Source: Halopseudomonas aestusnigri (GTDB taxonomy: Bacteria > Pseudomonadota > Alphaproteobacteria > Kiloniellales > Kiloniellaceae). From it: a stretch of 64,000 nt of DNA. The stretch covers positions 10,799 to 74,798 of the forward strand of contig JBALWN010000010.1 of assembly GCA_036960845.1 (NCBI GenBank). Reading direction: 5' to 3'. Below are positions 56,857-64,000 of the stretch, piece after piece. Made by a program: the position numbers and the translations under genes. The notes beneath the pieces are model-generated. The model had not been told where the DNA came from and ran no database searches. It saw only the letters and a list, made by a program, of their open reading frames with translations. The first letter of the stretch is position 1, and every line of letters begins with the position of its first letter.

Positions 56857-57897
56857 CTAAAATATTGTGGTCCACCCTTCACGTGCGGCTTCGTGTTTTT
56901 TATAGCTGATAGCATGGGCGACAATTCCATCAGGCGTAACCAATCGGATGACGCCGCCTTTATTACGAAGGTGAGGATTATCCGGCCCAGCGGACAGAGT
57001 TATTCTTATGGTCTCGCCGGCTCGAACCTTCCCTTCAAGAGACTGAGCGCGATCATCTCGATCCATCAACCTCCAACCCCTTAAATCAAATGCGGCATCA
57101 GTGCGATTAAGGAGTGTTACGCTCTCCCTACCGTCTTCATTTCCTGAAGGGTTTATAAGGGCGGCAATGATCGCCACACCTGGCTTCAAAGGATCAATCT
57201 TTCCTGGTTCGACAACAATATCATCCAAAGGATGTCCGGTATGGGCATCCGTGTTCCAATCCTGGCTTTGAAAAGCGAGAAAAATAGCGGCCCAGTGATT
57301 AGTGGTGCCAAAATGAATTAAAAGGGCCCCATCTTGATTAGCGCCATTTGTTGCCTTGAAACGTCCGCTCGATCCCTGATTCAAATGTACATCGTGAATA
57401 CCATTGCCAGGAACAAAGCCAAAATACTTATCTACTTCACCATCTTCAGGACCCCAAGCTTCTCCAAAGATATAAAAAGTAAGACTATTATCTGCCATAC
57501 CCTGGCGGATAATAGGCTCTAAATAATCGCGAAGATCATTATCCGGACCAGTGCGTTGAAAGGGAGCAATTTCCATCGCTTCACGTTGGACAAAGTTCCC
57601 CCTGACGTAGTCAAGAACCAGTTCTGATAAGCGGCTATTTGGCACATTATTTCGACCATTCTTCAAATCAATTAGCCCTTCTGGAAGAGCAAGTAATTCA
57701 TTTAAAAAGGGATGGGAGAAAGGATCTTGCTTACGATAAAGAAGATCGTTGGGAGCAACATTCGAACGCACATTGATGGCCGCGCGGTAACTTACCCCTG
57801 CTGCTTCTATCCTGATTTCCATATGCGGGCTATCATCATCATCAATGGCAATATTTGACGCTTTACCCTTGAGGAGTGAATAGTTTTTTAACGGCAT
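56857..57897 (-). CDS. DUF2278 (YukJ-like) domain fused to a lamin-tail domain (LTD)
   Basis: GNGIHDVHLNQGSSGRF...NQDGALLIHF...AIFLAFQSQDWNTD is the DUF2278 signature. The C-terminal IAALINPSGNEDGRESVTLLNRTDAAFDLRGWRLMD...AGETIRI...NKGGVIRLVTPDG is the LTD pattern (about 56878-57192). Confidence 0.7.
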   Translation of the reverse strand: MPLKNYSLLKGKASNIAIDDDDSPHMEIRIEAAGVSYRAAINVRSNVAPNDLLYRKQDPFSHPFLNELLALPEGLIDLKNGRNNVPNSRLSELVLDYVRGNFVQREAMEIAPFQRTGPDNDLRDYLEPIIRQGMADNSLTFYIFGEAWGPEDGEVDKYFGFVPGNGIHDVHLNQGSSGRFKATNGANQDGALLIHFGTTNHWAAIFLAFQSQDWNTDAHTGHPLDDIVVEPGKIDPLKPGVAIIAALINPSGNEDGRESVTLLNRTDAAFDLRGWRLMDRDDRAQSLEGKVRAGETIRITLSAGPDNPHLRNKGGVIRLVTPDGIVAHAISYKKHEAAREGWTTIF

Positions 57898-58206
57898 GTG
57901 CTGACAGTCCCTTCAGGTGAACACCAGGAAAAATAAAAATACATATTTGATTAAAACCTAAATCATAACAGAAATCATGTGAAATTTACGTGAAATCAAT
58001 AAACTATTTCAACCTTTTATGGTGTAAATTTATTTCAACATGACTTAAAACTATGACCCTGGTCTGAATAAAAGTGCCTTTAACTTGTCGGTAGTGAATT
58101 AACTTTATGATGATTAAGGCTTTTGAGCACATTAGGTCTTTAGGGAAGATAGTTTTACTGTGTGTTTCAATGTCGTGATTGGTTATAAAAATTCGCGGAT
58201 TGTACC

Positions 58207-59025
58207 ATGAAAAAAGCACAACGAGTATTTACGACGGCGCTCATGACTTTATTTTTCATTATGTGCCTATATTTTTTACCTATCTCCGCGTCCCAAGTTT
58301 CGGCCCAAGTTTCGGCTCAAATTCCGGCACAAATAACAGAGAATATACCTCTGATTTCCTACCATTCACACGTGCCTTTTGTGACAAACACCGACAAGGG
58401 TCTCACCTACGATCTTGCCGCTTATCTCACTAAAAAATCACGTGGCCGATACATTTTTCGGGCTAGGGTAATGTCCCGTCCACGGGTGAATAACTTGATA
58501 GAAAGTTCCAAAATTTTCGTCGTTCCTTGGGTTAACCCGGTATGGTTTAAGGATAAAGATGAAACAAAGTTTCTGTGGACTCAAAACGTTCTGCTATTGG
58601 GTAAGAATGTGGTGATCTCACGACAGGATAATAAATTGATTTATAAAGGTCCAAATTCGTTATCAGGTCTCAAATTTGGCGGTGTCCGAGGGCATCAATA
58701 TACCGGGATAGATGACTTTATTTCACAATCGGTAAAGACGGTCCGAATTGATTCTGACAGGCACCTTTCAAATATCCATAAGCTGCTAAACGGCCTAATT
58801 GACGTTACCTCCATGCCTTCCTCTGCCGCAAATTATTTTATCTCGGAACTAAACCTTGAACAAAGCTTATTCATAGCCCCGATCCCCCATAAATCATATG
58901 AACGTAAAATGTTGATTTCGAGCAAACGTAAAGATATCAGAGACTTCCTAGATCAAGCCATACGAGCCATGGCAGAAGATCCAGAATGGCTGGTAATTAT
59001 TAAAAACTATAAAAATGATGAGTGA
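58207..59025 (+). CDS. family-3 solute-binding-protein-like periplasmic protein
   Basis: Signal peptide, an AQVS/AQIP repeat linker, then SBP_bac_3-like segments. Its stop lies 7 nt before the kinase gene start. Confidence 0.6.
   Translation: MKKAQRVFTTALMTLFFIMCLYFLPISASQVSAQVSAQIPAQITENIPLISYHSHVPFVTNTDKGLTYDLAAYLTKKSRGRYIFRARVMSRPRVNNLIESSKIFVVPWVNPVWFKDKDETKFLWTQNVLLLGKNVVISRQDNKLIYKGPNSLSGLKFGGVRGHQYTGIDDFISQSVKTVRIDSDRHLSNIHKLLNGLIDVTSMPSSAANYFISELNLEQSLFIAPIPHKSYERKMLISSKRKDIRDFLDQAIRAMAEDPEWLVIIKNYKNDE
58294..58335 (+). repeat. in-frame 12-nt tandem repeat (3 units plus a partial fourth)
   Basis: The units caagtttcggcc, caagtttcggct, caaattccggca and caaata... encode SQVSAQVSAQIPAQI just after the signal peptide. 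Confidence 0.75.
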
Positions 59026-59034
59026 TAAACAAAT

Positions 59035-61344
59035 ATGCTAAAAGAGTGGCAGTATAAATATGGCCTTTCCCGCCTGCAGATCAAACTGCTTACCATCACT
59101 GTTCCCATTTTTCTCATTCTAGGCGCAATATTTGTTACCACTATGGAAGTAACCATATATGTGGATGAAAAAATTAAACTCGAAGAAAAACTAGAACGTA
59201 TTTCAGAAACTTTCATGGTCGTTGTTGCTGAACCCTTGTGGAATGTTGACATGGATCGGACTTCCTCAATTCTTGAGGCCATGACCATCGACAAAGACTT
59301 TGTCAGCGCCGTTGTATATGACGATGAAGGAAATCTGTTTGCAGAAATAGGTAAAAAAACCAAAGAAATACCTACATCTTTAACGTCTCAGAAATCTATA
59401 AAATATATTCCTGAAATGGAACAGGAACCTAGAGTAATAGGTACATTGGTCATTGTTTTCACAGATAAACAGTTGTTATCAGCGACCTACAGACGGGTAG
59501 AAATAGTTGCCACCCTGGCCATCCTCTTAGTCTTGGTCATGACCGTCACAAACATTTTTATTCACAGAAAATTTGTCGGAACCCCTCTACAGCGCATGCT
59601 TGCGCTTATCCAATCAACTTCAGAAAAGTCTCGCGGCCAAAGGGTACAGTGGTCTAGTGATGATGAGATTGGCGTGGTTACAACCGCGTTCAATCAAATG
59701 CTCGACGTTCAAGAACGATATTACGAAGAACTTGAAATTCAGGTTGAAAAGCGAACTCAAGAGCTTTCGGAAAAATCAGAATTATTACAGGCTGCGCTCT
59801 CTAACATGAGAGGCGGTCTTGTGGTGTATGATGCTCAAGGTCGCATGCTAACTTGGAACACCCAATATTTTGAAATATTTAAGCTCCCAGATCAATTCCA
59901 ACGTGTTGGTCAAGATTATGCAGAGATTATAAAACATGATGTTGAAATTTGTTTTTTCGATAAAGACCTACATCACAATTTCGATATCGACACCCTTATT
60001 CAAAAACGCCTAAACAGTTTTGCAGAAGGTAGAACAGAAACAGAGGAGCTATTTTTCACCGATGGTCGCATCGTAGAAGCAAGACGAAATCCAATGCCGG
60101 GTGGGGGGCAAATTTGCAGCTATATTGATATTACCACACGCAAACTTGCCGAAGAACAAATGGTCGAAAAGGAAGCACAACTCAGAGCCGTCCTCGACAA
60201 TATACCCGGCGGGATCAGATATGTAGATAAGGACCGGAATTATGTCTTCTTCAATACACAATATTCTAGATTATATGGCTTTCCCGACGACCTGTTAAAA
60301 ATAGGAAATTCCGTTCGTACCGAAAATCTGTACCAAGCCAAACGGGGAGACTTTGGGAGTGGTGATCCAGGCGAACTGGTTGATACCTGGTTCGAAAAGT
60401 TCCCAGTACTTGATAATCCTCAAAACTGGGAACGTACAACAGTTCACGGTAAAGTGCTTGAGGTTCATACCACCCCAACTCCGACTGGTGGCGTCATAAA
60501 TGTTGTTACAGATATCACCACACGCAAGCAAGCTGTTGAGGAGCTTCGTAAGGCAAAGGAAATTGCAGAACTCGCTAACAGATCCAAGTCTGATTTCCTG
60601 GCCGCCATGAGCCATGAACTCAGAACGCCTCTGAATGCCATTCTTGGATTTTCGGCCATGATCAAAGATCAAATGCTCGGCCCAAACAAACAAGACGTTT
60701 ATGCTGAATACGGAACCGATATTTTTAATAGTGGCCGACATCTTCTTCGCTTAATCAATGACTTATTAGATTTATCGAAGATAGAAGCCGGAAAACTCGA
60801 GCTTACTTTTGATACGTTGAACGTTAAAAAATCGATCTTGGAAAACATCCGCACCATGGATCCTATTGCAGCAAGATCAGAGGTAAAAACTGAAACCATT
60901 TTCGCGGACAACCTTCCTTCACTGATCGCCGATCAACGAGCCCTAGATCAAATCATCTTAAATTTACTGTCAAACGCAATTAAATTCACCCCTCCGGACG
61001 GTCTCATAACGGTGCGTGTTTCAAGTGACACCGATTACACCCGTATTGTGATTTCAGATACCGGGATCGGTATCGAACATGAGTATATAGATAAAATCTT
61101 GAAACCCTGGGGGCAAATCATAGATCCCTTGAGGATTGATGTTAAGGGATCAGGCCTTGGCCTTCCAATCGTCAAATCTCTGGTCGAATTACACAGCGGC
61201 AAACTCAAACTCGAAAGTGAAGTCGGCACAGGAACAACCGTAACAGTAACCTTGCCAAATTCGGAGCCAAATTCGGGGCCAAATTCGGGGCCAAATTCGG
61301 GGCCAAATTCAGGGCCAAATCTGGAGCCAGAAGCTGAAATTTAA
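59035..61344 (+). CDS. sensor histidine kinase (two TM, HAMP, two PAS, HisKA, HATPase_c, C-terminal SGPN repeat tail)
   Basis: HAMP: GTPLQRMLALIQSTSEKSRGQ...IGVVTTAFNQM. H-box: FLAAMSHELRTPLNAILGFSAMI. N/G boxes are present. Confidence 0.85.
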   Translation: MLKEWQYKYGLSRLQIKLLTITVPIFLILGAIFVTTMEVTIYVDEKIKLEEKLERISETFMVVVAEPLWNVDMDRTSSILEAMTIDKDFVSAVVYDDEGNLFAEIGKKTKEIPTSLTSQKSIKYIPEMEQEPRVIGTLVIVFTDKQLLSATYRRVEIVATLAILLVLVMTVTNIFIHRKFVGTPLQRMLALIQSTSEKSRGQRVQWSSDDEIGVVTTAFNQMLDVQERYYEELEIQVEKRTQELSEKSELLQAALSNMRGGLVVYDAQGRMLTWNTQYFEIFKLPDQFQRVGQDYAEIIKHDVEICFFDKDLHHNFDIDTLIQKRLNSFAEGRTETEELFFTDGRIVEARRNPMPGGGQICSYIDITTRKLAEEQMVEKEAQLRAVLDNIPGGIRYVDKDRNYVFFNTQYSRLYGFPDDLLKIGNSVRTENLYQAKRGDFGSGDPGELVDTWFEKFPVLDNPQNWERTTVHGKVLEVHTTPTPTGGVINVVTDITTRKQAVEELRKAKEIAELANRSKSDFLAAMSHELRTPLNAILGFSAMIKDQMLGPNKQDVYAEYGTDIFNSGRHLLRLINDLLDLSKIEAGKLELTFDTLNVKKSILENIRTMDPIAARSEVKTETIFADNLPSLIADQRALDQIILNLLSNAIKFTPPDGLITVRVSSDTDYTRIVISDTGIGIEHEYIDKILKPWGQIIDPLRIDVKGSGLGLPIVKSLVELHSGKLKLESEVGTGTTVTVTLPNSEPNSGPNSGPNSGPNSGPNLEPEAEI
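61255..61332 (+). repeat. in-frame 12-nt tandem repeat, about 6 units (TCGGGGCCAAAT)
   Basis: Encodes NSEPNSGPNSGPNSGPNSGPNLEPE at the extreme C-terminus of the kinase. Three central units are identical. Confidence 0.85.
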
Positions 61345-61468
61345 ACCCAATTTAAAAATATGAAAAAGGCGGCGTACTAAAACCATCTCCTAAATCCTGA
61401 CTTATACAATAAAGTAAGGCTCGTATTTAGAATATGATGAGAACAACCGCCTTTATTTATTCTGCTAA

Positions 61469-61990
61469 CTATTCTGCGCCGATTGCAGCCAAACCGACCT
61501 TAGCACATTTTTCGTCTTTATCACCGCCTGGGGCGCCACCAACACCAATACCGCCAACGAGTTTACCGTTGAATTTAATGGGCAAGCCACCGCCAAGAAT
61601 TATCATGCGCGGGTCCATATCGCGTAAACCATCAAGCTCACGGTGATCTTTGAGAAAGTTGGCAAGGCCCAAGGTCGCGCGGCCCATACTTGCTGCTGTA
61701 AACGCTTTACCTGTGCTGCTACCAACCGTGTGAGGTCCTGATCCATCAGCCTTGAGAAGAACTTTTGTTGCACCAGAGCGTTCAACAATTGCCACACTCA
61801 CGTTATAACCATCAGCCTTACATTGCGCGACAGCAGCCTGTGCTGCTTTTTCAGCCATCTCAAGCGGGAGATATGGCGCGGTTGGAAGATCCGCAGCGAT
61901 TGTCGTGGTTACGGCGGTGAGAGTAGATACTGCCACAACGCCCAAAGCTGCAAAACTACGTACTGCCTGCGTTTTAAATGAGGTCTTCAT
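61469..61990 (-). CDS. GlcG/HbpS-like (DUF336) haem-binding-type protein, secreted
   Basis: Signal peptide MKTSFKTQAVRSFAALGVVAVSTLTAVT. C-terminal GGGLPIKFNGKLVGGIGVGGAPGGDKDEKCA is the DUF336 signature. Confidence 0.75.
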   Translation of the reverse strand: MKTSFKTQAVRSFAALGVVAVSTLTAVTTTIAADLPTAPYLPLEMAEKAAQAAVAQCKADGYNVSVAIVERSGATKVLLKADGSGPHTVGSSTGKAFTAASMGRATLGLANFLKDHRELDGLRDMDPRMIILGGGLPIKFNGKLVGGIGVGGAPGGDKDEKCAKVGLAAIGAE

Positions 61991-62093
61991 GTCTGAACTC
62001 CAGTAAGGATGAAACTGGAGATAAGGTAGCGTTGTTACTTAATGCTGGTAATTCGTATCACACCTAGGTTCTATCCGTAGTGCTACGGATAAG

Positions 62094-62696
62094 CTATTCT
62101 TGTGCTTCCAGTACAAGCCGGGCCATTTCAGCAACAGATGTGGTACCAAGTTTCTCTGCTATGTGGGATCTATGGCTTTCGATTGTCCGCGGTGAAACAG
62201 ATAGGCTTGCGGCTATTTCTTTCGTCGCCCAACCGCGACTGACCATATCTAATACTTCTTTTTCTCGGGGCGTCAGAGAATTTAACAAGGTAGTTGTTTC
62301 AGTGACTTCTGCATGTTTTTTGTTTATTTGAATTAAATTTGCTTCACCCTTTTGAATGGCATCAATAAGGTCCTGCTCATCCAGCGGTTTGCTAAGAAAA
62401 TCAACTGCCCCATTTTTGAAAGCCTTACGGCACGCATTAATATCACCATGCCCGCTGATAACAACAACTGGCCAGTGACAATTAGCTTCAATTAGCTTTT
62501 CTTGTACTTTTAAACCAGAAATCATTGGCATGCGTATATCCATAACGATACAGCCTGCTACTAATCTTGGCAGAGTTTCGAGGAACGTTTGGGGGTCTCC
62601 AAAAGCGACAACGTGATATCCCAGAGTTTTAAGCAACAAGCTTAATCCCTCCCGAACGGCTTCGTCATCGTCGACCAGATAAATATTCGTACTCAT
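62094..62696 (-). CDS. FixJ/LuxR-family response regulator (REC + LuxR-type HTH)
   Basis: IYLVDDDEAVREGL...VMDIRMPMISG, then LTPREKEVLDMVSRGWATKEIAASLSVSPRTIESHR. Confidence 0.85.
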   Translation of the reverse strand: MSTNIYLVDDDEAVREGLSLLLKTLGYHVVAFGDPQTFLETLPRLVAGCIVMDIRMPMISGLKVQEKLIEANCHWPVVVISGHGDINACRKAFKNGAVDFLSKPLDEQDLIDAIQKGEANLIQINKKHAEVTETTTLLNSLTPREKEVLDMVSRGWATKEIAASLSVSPRTIESHRSHIAEKLGTTSVAEMARLVLEAQE

Positions 62697-62738
62697 TTTT
62701 TTGTATTTCAGTTCTTAATATTGGTTTTTGATTTTCAC

Positions 62739-64000
62739 TTATCTCTGCAGTGGAAATTTTGCTGTGGCGACCACACCATCTCTTGATCGATTTTTTATTT
62801 CTAACACACCATTAAACCGCTCTACGATATTTTCGCAAAGAGAAAGCCCCAGGCCCATACCACCTGGTTTGGTCGTAAAAAATGGTTTGAGTACATTTGA
62901 CATGCTGTCTTTTGAAATCCCTGAACCATTATCTGAAATTTCAATAACCGCAAACTCATCACGAATAAACGTTGATATTTCTAAGGTGCCGCCGGAAACG
63001 TCATCGTCTTTAATGTTCTCTACAGTTAAATTATCATCACTAATATTTTCTAAGGCTTCAGCCCCATTTTTAGCCAAGTTAAAAACCACTTGTTCAATTT
63101 GTACGACATCCGCAAAGATAATGGGGGAAGTCGGATTAAGAAACAGATGTATAGCAATCCCCCTCTCCCTGAGGTCTGCTTTCATTATCTCTTTGATCCC
63201 CCGTGCGACGGCATTTAAATCAACCTGCTCCAACCCGCCGGTTTCCTGAACGGTCCATTTCCTAAGCCTGATAAGAATATCACCTGCTCGTTTGGATTGT
63301 TGTGTAATCGAACTTAAAACAGAGGATAGTGTTTCGGTATCTTCTGGATTGAGTTTCACAATGTGTTCTCCAGCCTGACTTTTACTGAGTATGGCCGTAA
63401 GGGGTTGGGTGAGTTCATGGGCGAGACCAGATGCCATCTCCCCCAGACTATTGATCCGAGAAGCCTGCGCAATACGTGCCTCATGTTCCCCTAATAAGGC
63501 GCGCTCTTCCGAACGTTTTGCTCTAAAAAACTGATTAGAGTATGCCTTTATAGCAAGCAAGGTTACACCAGAGAGCAAGATAAACGGCAGGACAATTGCC
63601 CAGGGTATCATGTCTGACAAGGTTACCGTCTTGCGAACATCTAATATTAACGGCTGGCTTCGGCTTCCAAGTACTTGGTGATACTTCAACGGAAAAGAAA
63701 ATAGTCCGGCGACAGAATTGCCCTCTTTGTAAAATAATTGGGTACCATCATCTCTCGCTAGAGAAATTGAAATTTCAGGGCCAAAATTGAGATCATTTTC
63801 AAGAAGCGTGGCGGTATCAATACTGAGGGCGATCCCATAGCGAGCCAAATCAGAATTAGGAGAGCGTTTCACCAAAAGATACCCATTTGGCGCTGGTAAT
63901 ATTTGCAAGGCCCCCCTAGAAGCATATGCAGCAGCATTAATAGCCTCGACAGTGTTCGGGATTATATCCGTCTTTCTTGTGGTAAAAATTTGGAAAGGAT
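62739..64000 (-). CDS. sensor histidine kinase, 5' end outside the window
   Basis: H-box GLAHELTQPLTAILS; N/G boxes NLAKNGAEAL, DNGSGIS, GGMGLGLSL. The frame stays open from 63908 to the window edge by hand translation, so the listed TTG start is probably not the real start. Confidence 0.8.
   Translation of the reverse strand, partial: PFQIFTTRKTDIIPNTVEAINAAAYASRGALQILPAPNGYLLVKRSPNSDLARYGIALSIDTATLLENDLNFGPEISISLARDDGTQLFYKEGNSVAGLFSFPLKYHQVLGSRSQPLILDVRKTVTLSDMIPWAIVLPFILLSGVTLLAIKAYSNQFFRAKRSEERALLGEHEARIAQASRINSLGEMASGLAHELTQPLTAILSKSQAGEHIVKLNPEDTETLSSVLSSITQQSKRAGDILIRLRKWTVQETGGLEQVDLNAVARGIKEIMKADLRERGIAIHLFLNPTSPIIFADVVQIEQVVFNLAKNGAEALENISDDNLTVENIKDDDVSGGTLEISTFIRDEFAVIEISDNGSGISKDSMSNVLKPFFTTKPGGMGLGLSLCENIVERFNGVLEIKNRSRDGVVATAKFPLQR

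Noticed and set aside
56818-57084. 88-aa plus-strand ORF between and overlapping the MBL and DUF2278 genes.
   Set aside because: It is antisense to the well-supported LTD-coding region and has no supporting features. Shadow ORF.
1-64000. CRISPR arrays, rRNA genes, transposases and IS elements.
   Set aside because: No regularly spaced 25-40-nt repeats, no rRNA-like sequence and no transposase- or integrase-like ORF were seen. The only tandem repeats are the 12-nt coding repeats and the short arrays already listed.

Overview
The window has three parts. All calls come from reading the ORF translations and DNA by eye. No database search, tRNA scan or composition calculation was run.

(1) 1-2.9 kb: a truncated tRNA-Ser(GCU)-like 5' half, an AraC-family regulator, an ABM-like protein and a DUF599 membrane protein.

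(2) 2.9-35.1 kb: a minus-strand, prophage-like podovirus cluster with BPP-1/epsilon15-type gene order. In transcription order it runs terS, terL, two proteins upstream of the portal gene, portal, scaffold, major capsid, cement-like protein, tail tubular A/B, internal/ejection proteins, fibre adaptor, a 1381-aa tail fibre, a holin-like protein, an M15 endolysin, a lipoprotein and DUF1353. The genes are tightly coupled and look intact, but there is no integrase, repressor or replication gene. Two insertions interrupt it. One is a ~7.9-kb mixed-strand cargo island (25.2-33.1 kb) between terL and the portal-side genes. It carries four lipoproteins, a GFA protein, a membrane-anchored AlbA_2/Schlafen-like protein, a Sel1 protein, a TM2 protein and a polytopic membrane protein. 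The other is two AT-rich cassettes in the ejection-protein block, each followed by a copy of the same ~75-bp terminator repeat.

(3) 35.2-64 kb: a host-like region rich in signalling genes. It has four histidine kinases plus one output-less sensor stub, a REC-GGDEF(degenerate)-EAL protein, a FixJ-type regulator and five periplasmic-binding-protein-like genes. It also has a 1336-aa topoisomerase III fused to a RecD2-like domain whose ATPase motifs are all degenerate, and an accessory islet (52-58 kb).

Best candidates for something undescribed:
- the DUF2278-LTD + SH3-MBL gene pair (55.2-57.9 kb)
- the Topo III / dead-RecD2 fusion
- the structural-only podovirus element and its membrane AlbA_2 cargo
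- the in-frame TAG with a duplicated C-terminal module upstream of the portal gene
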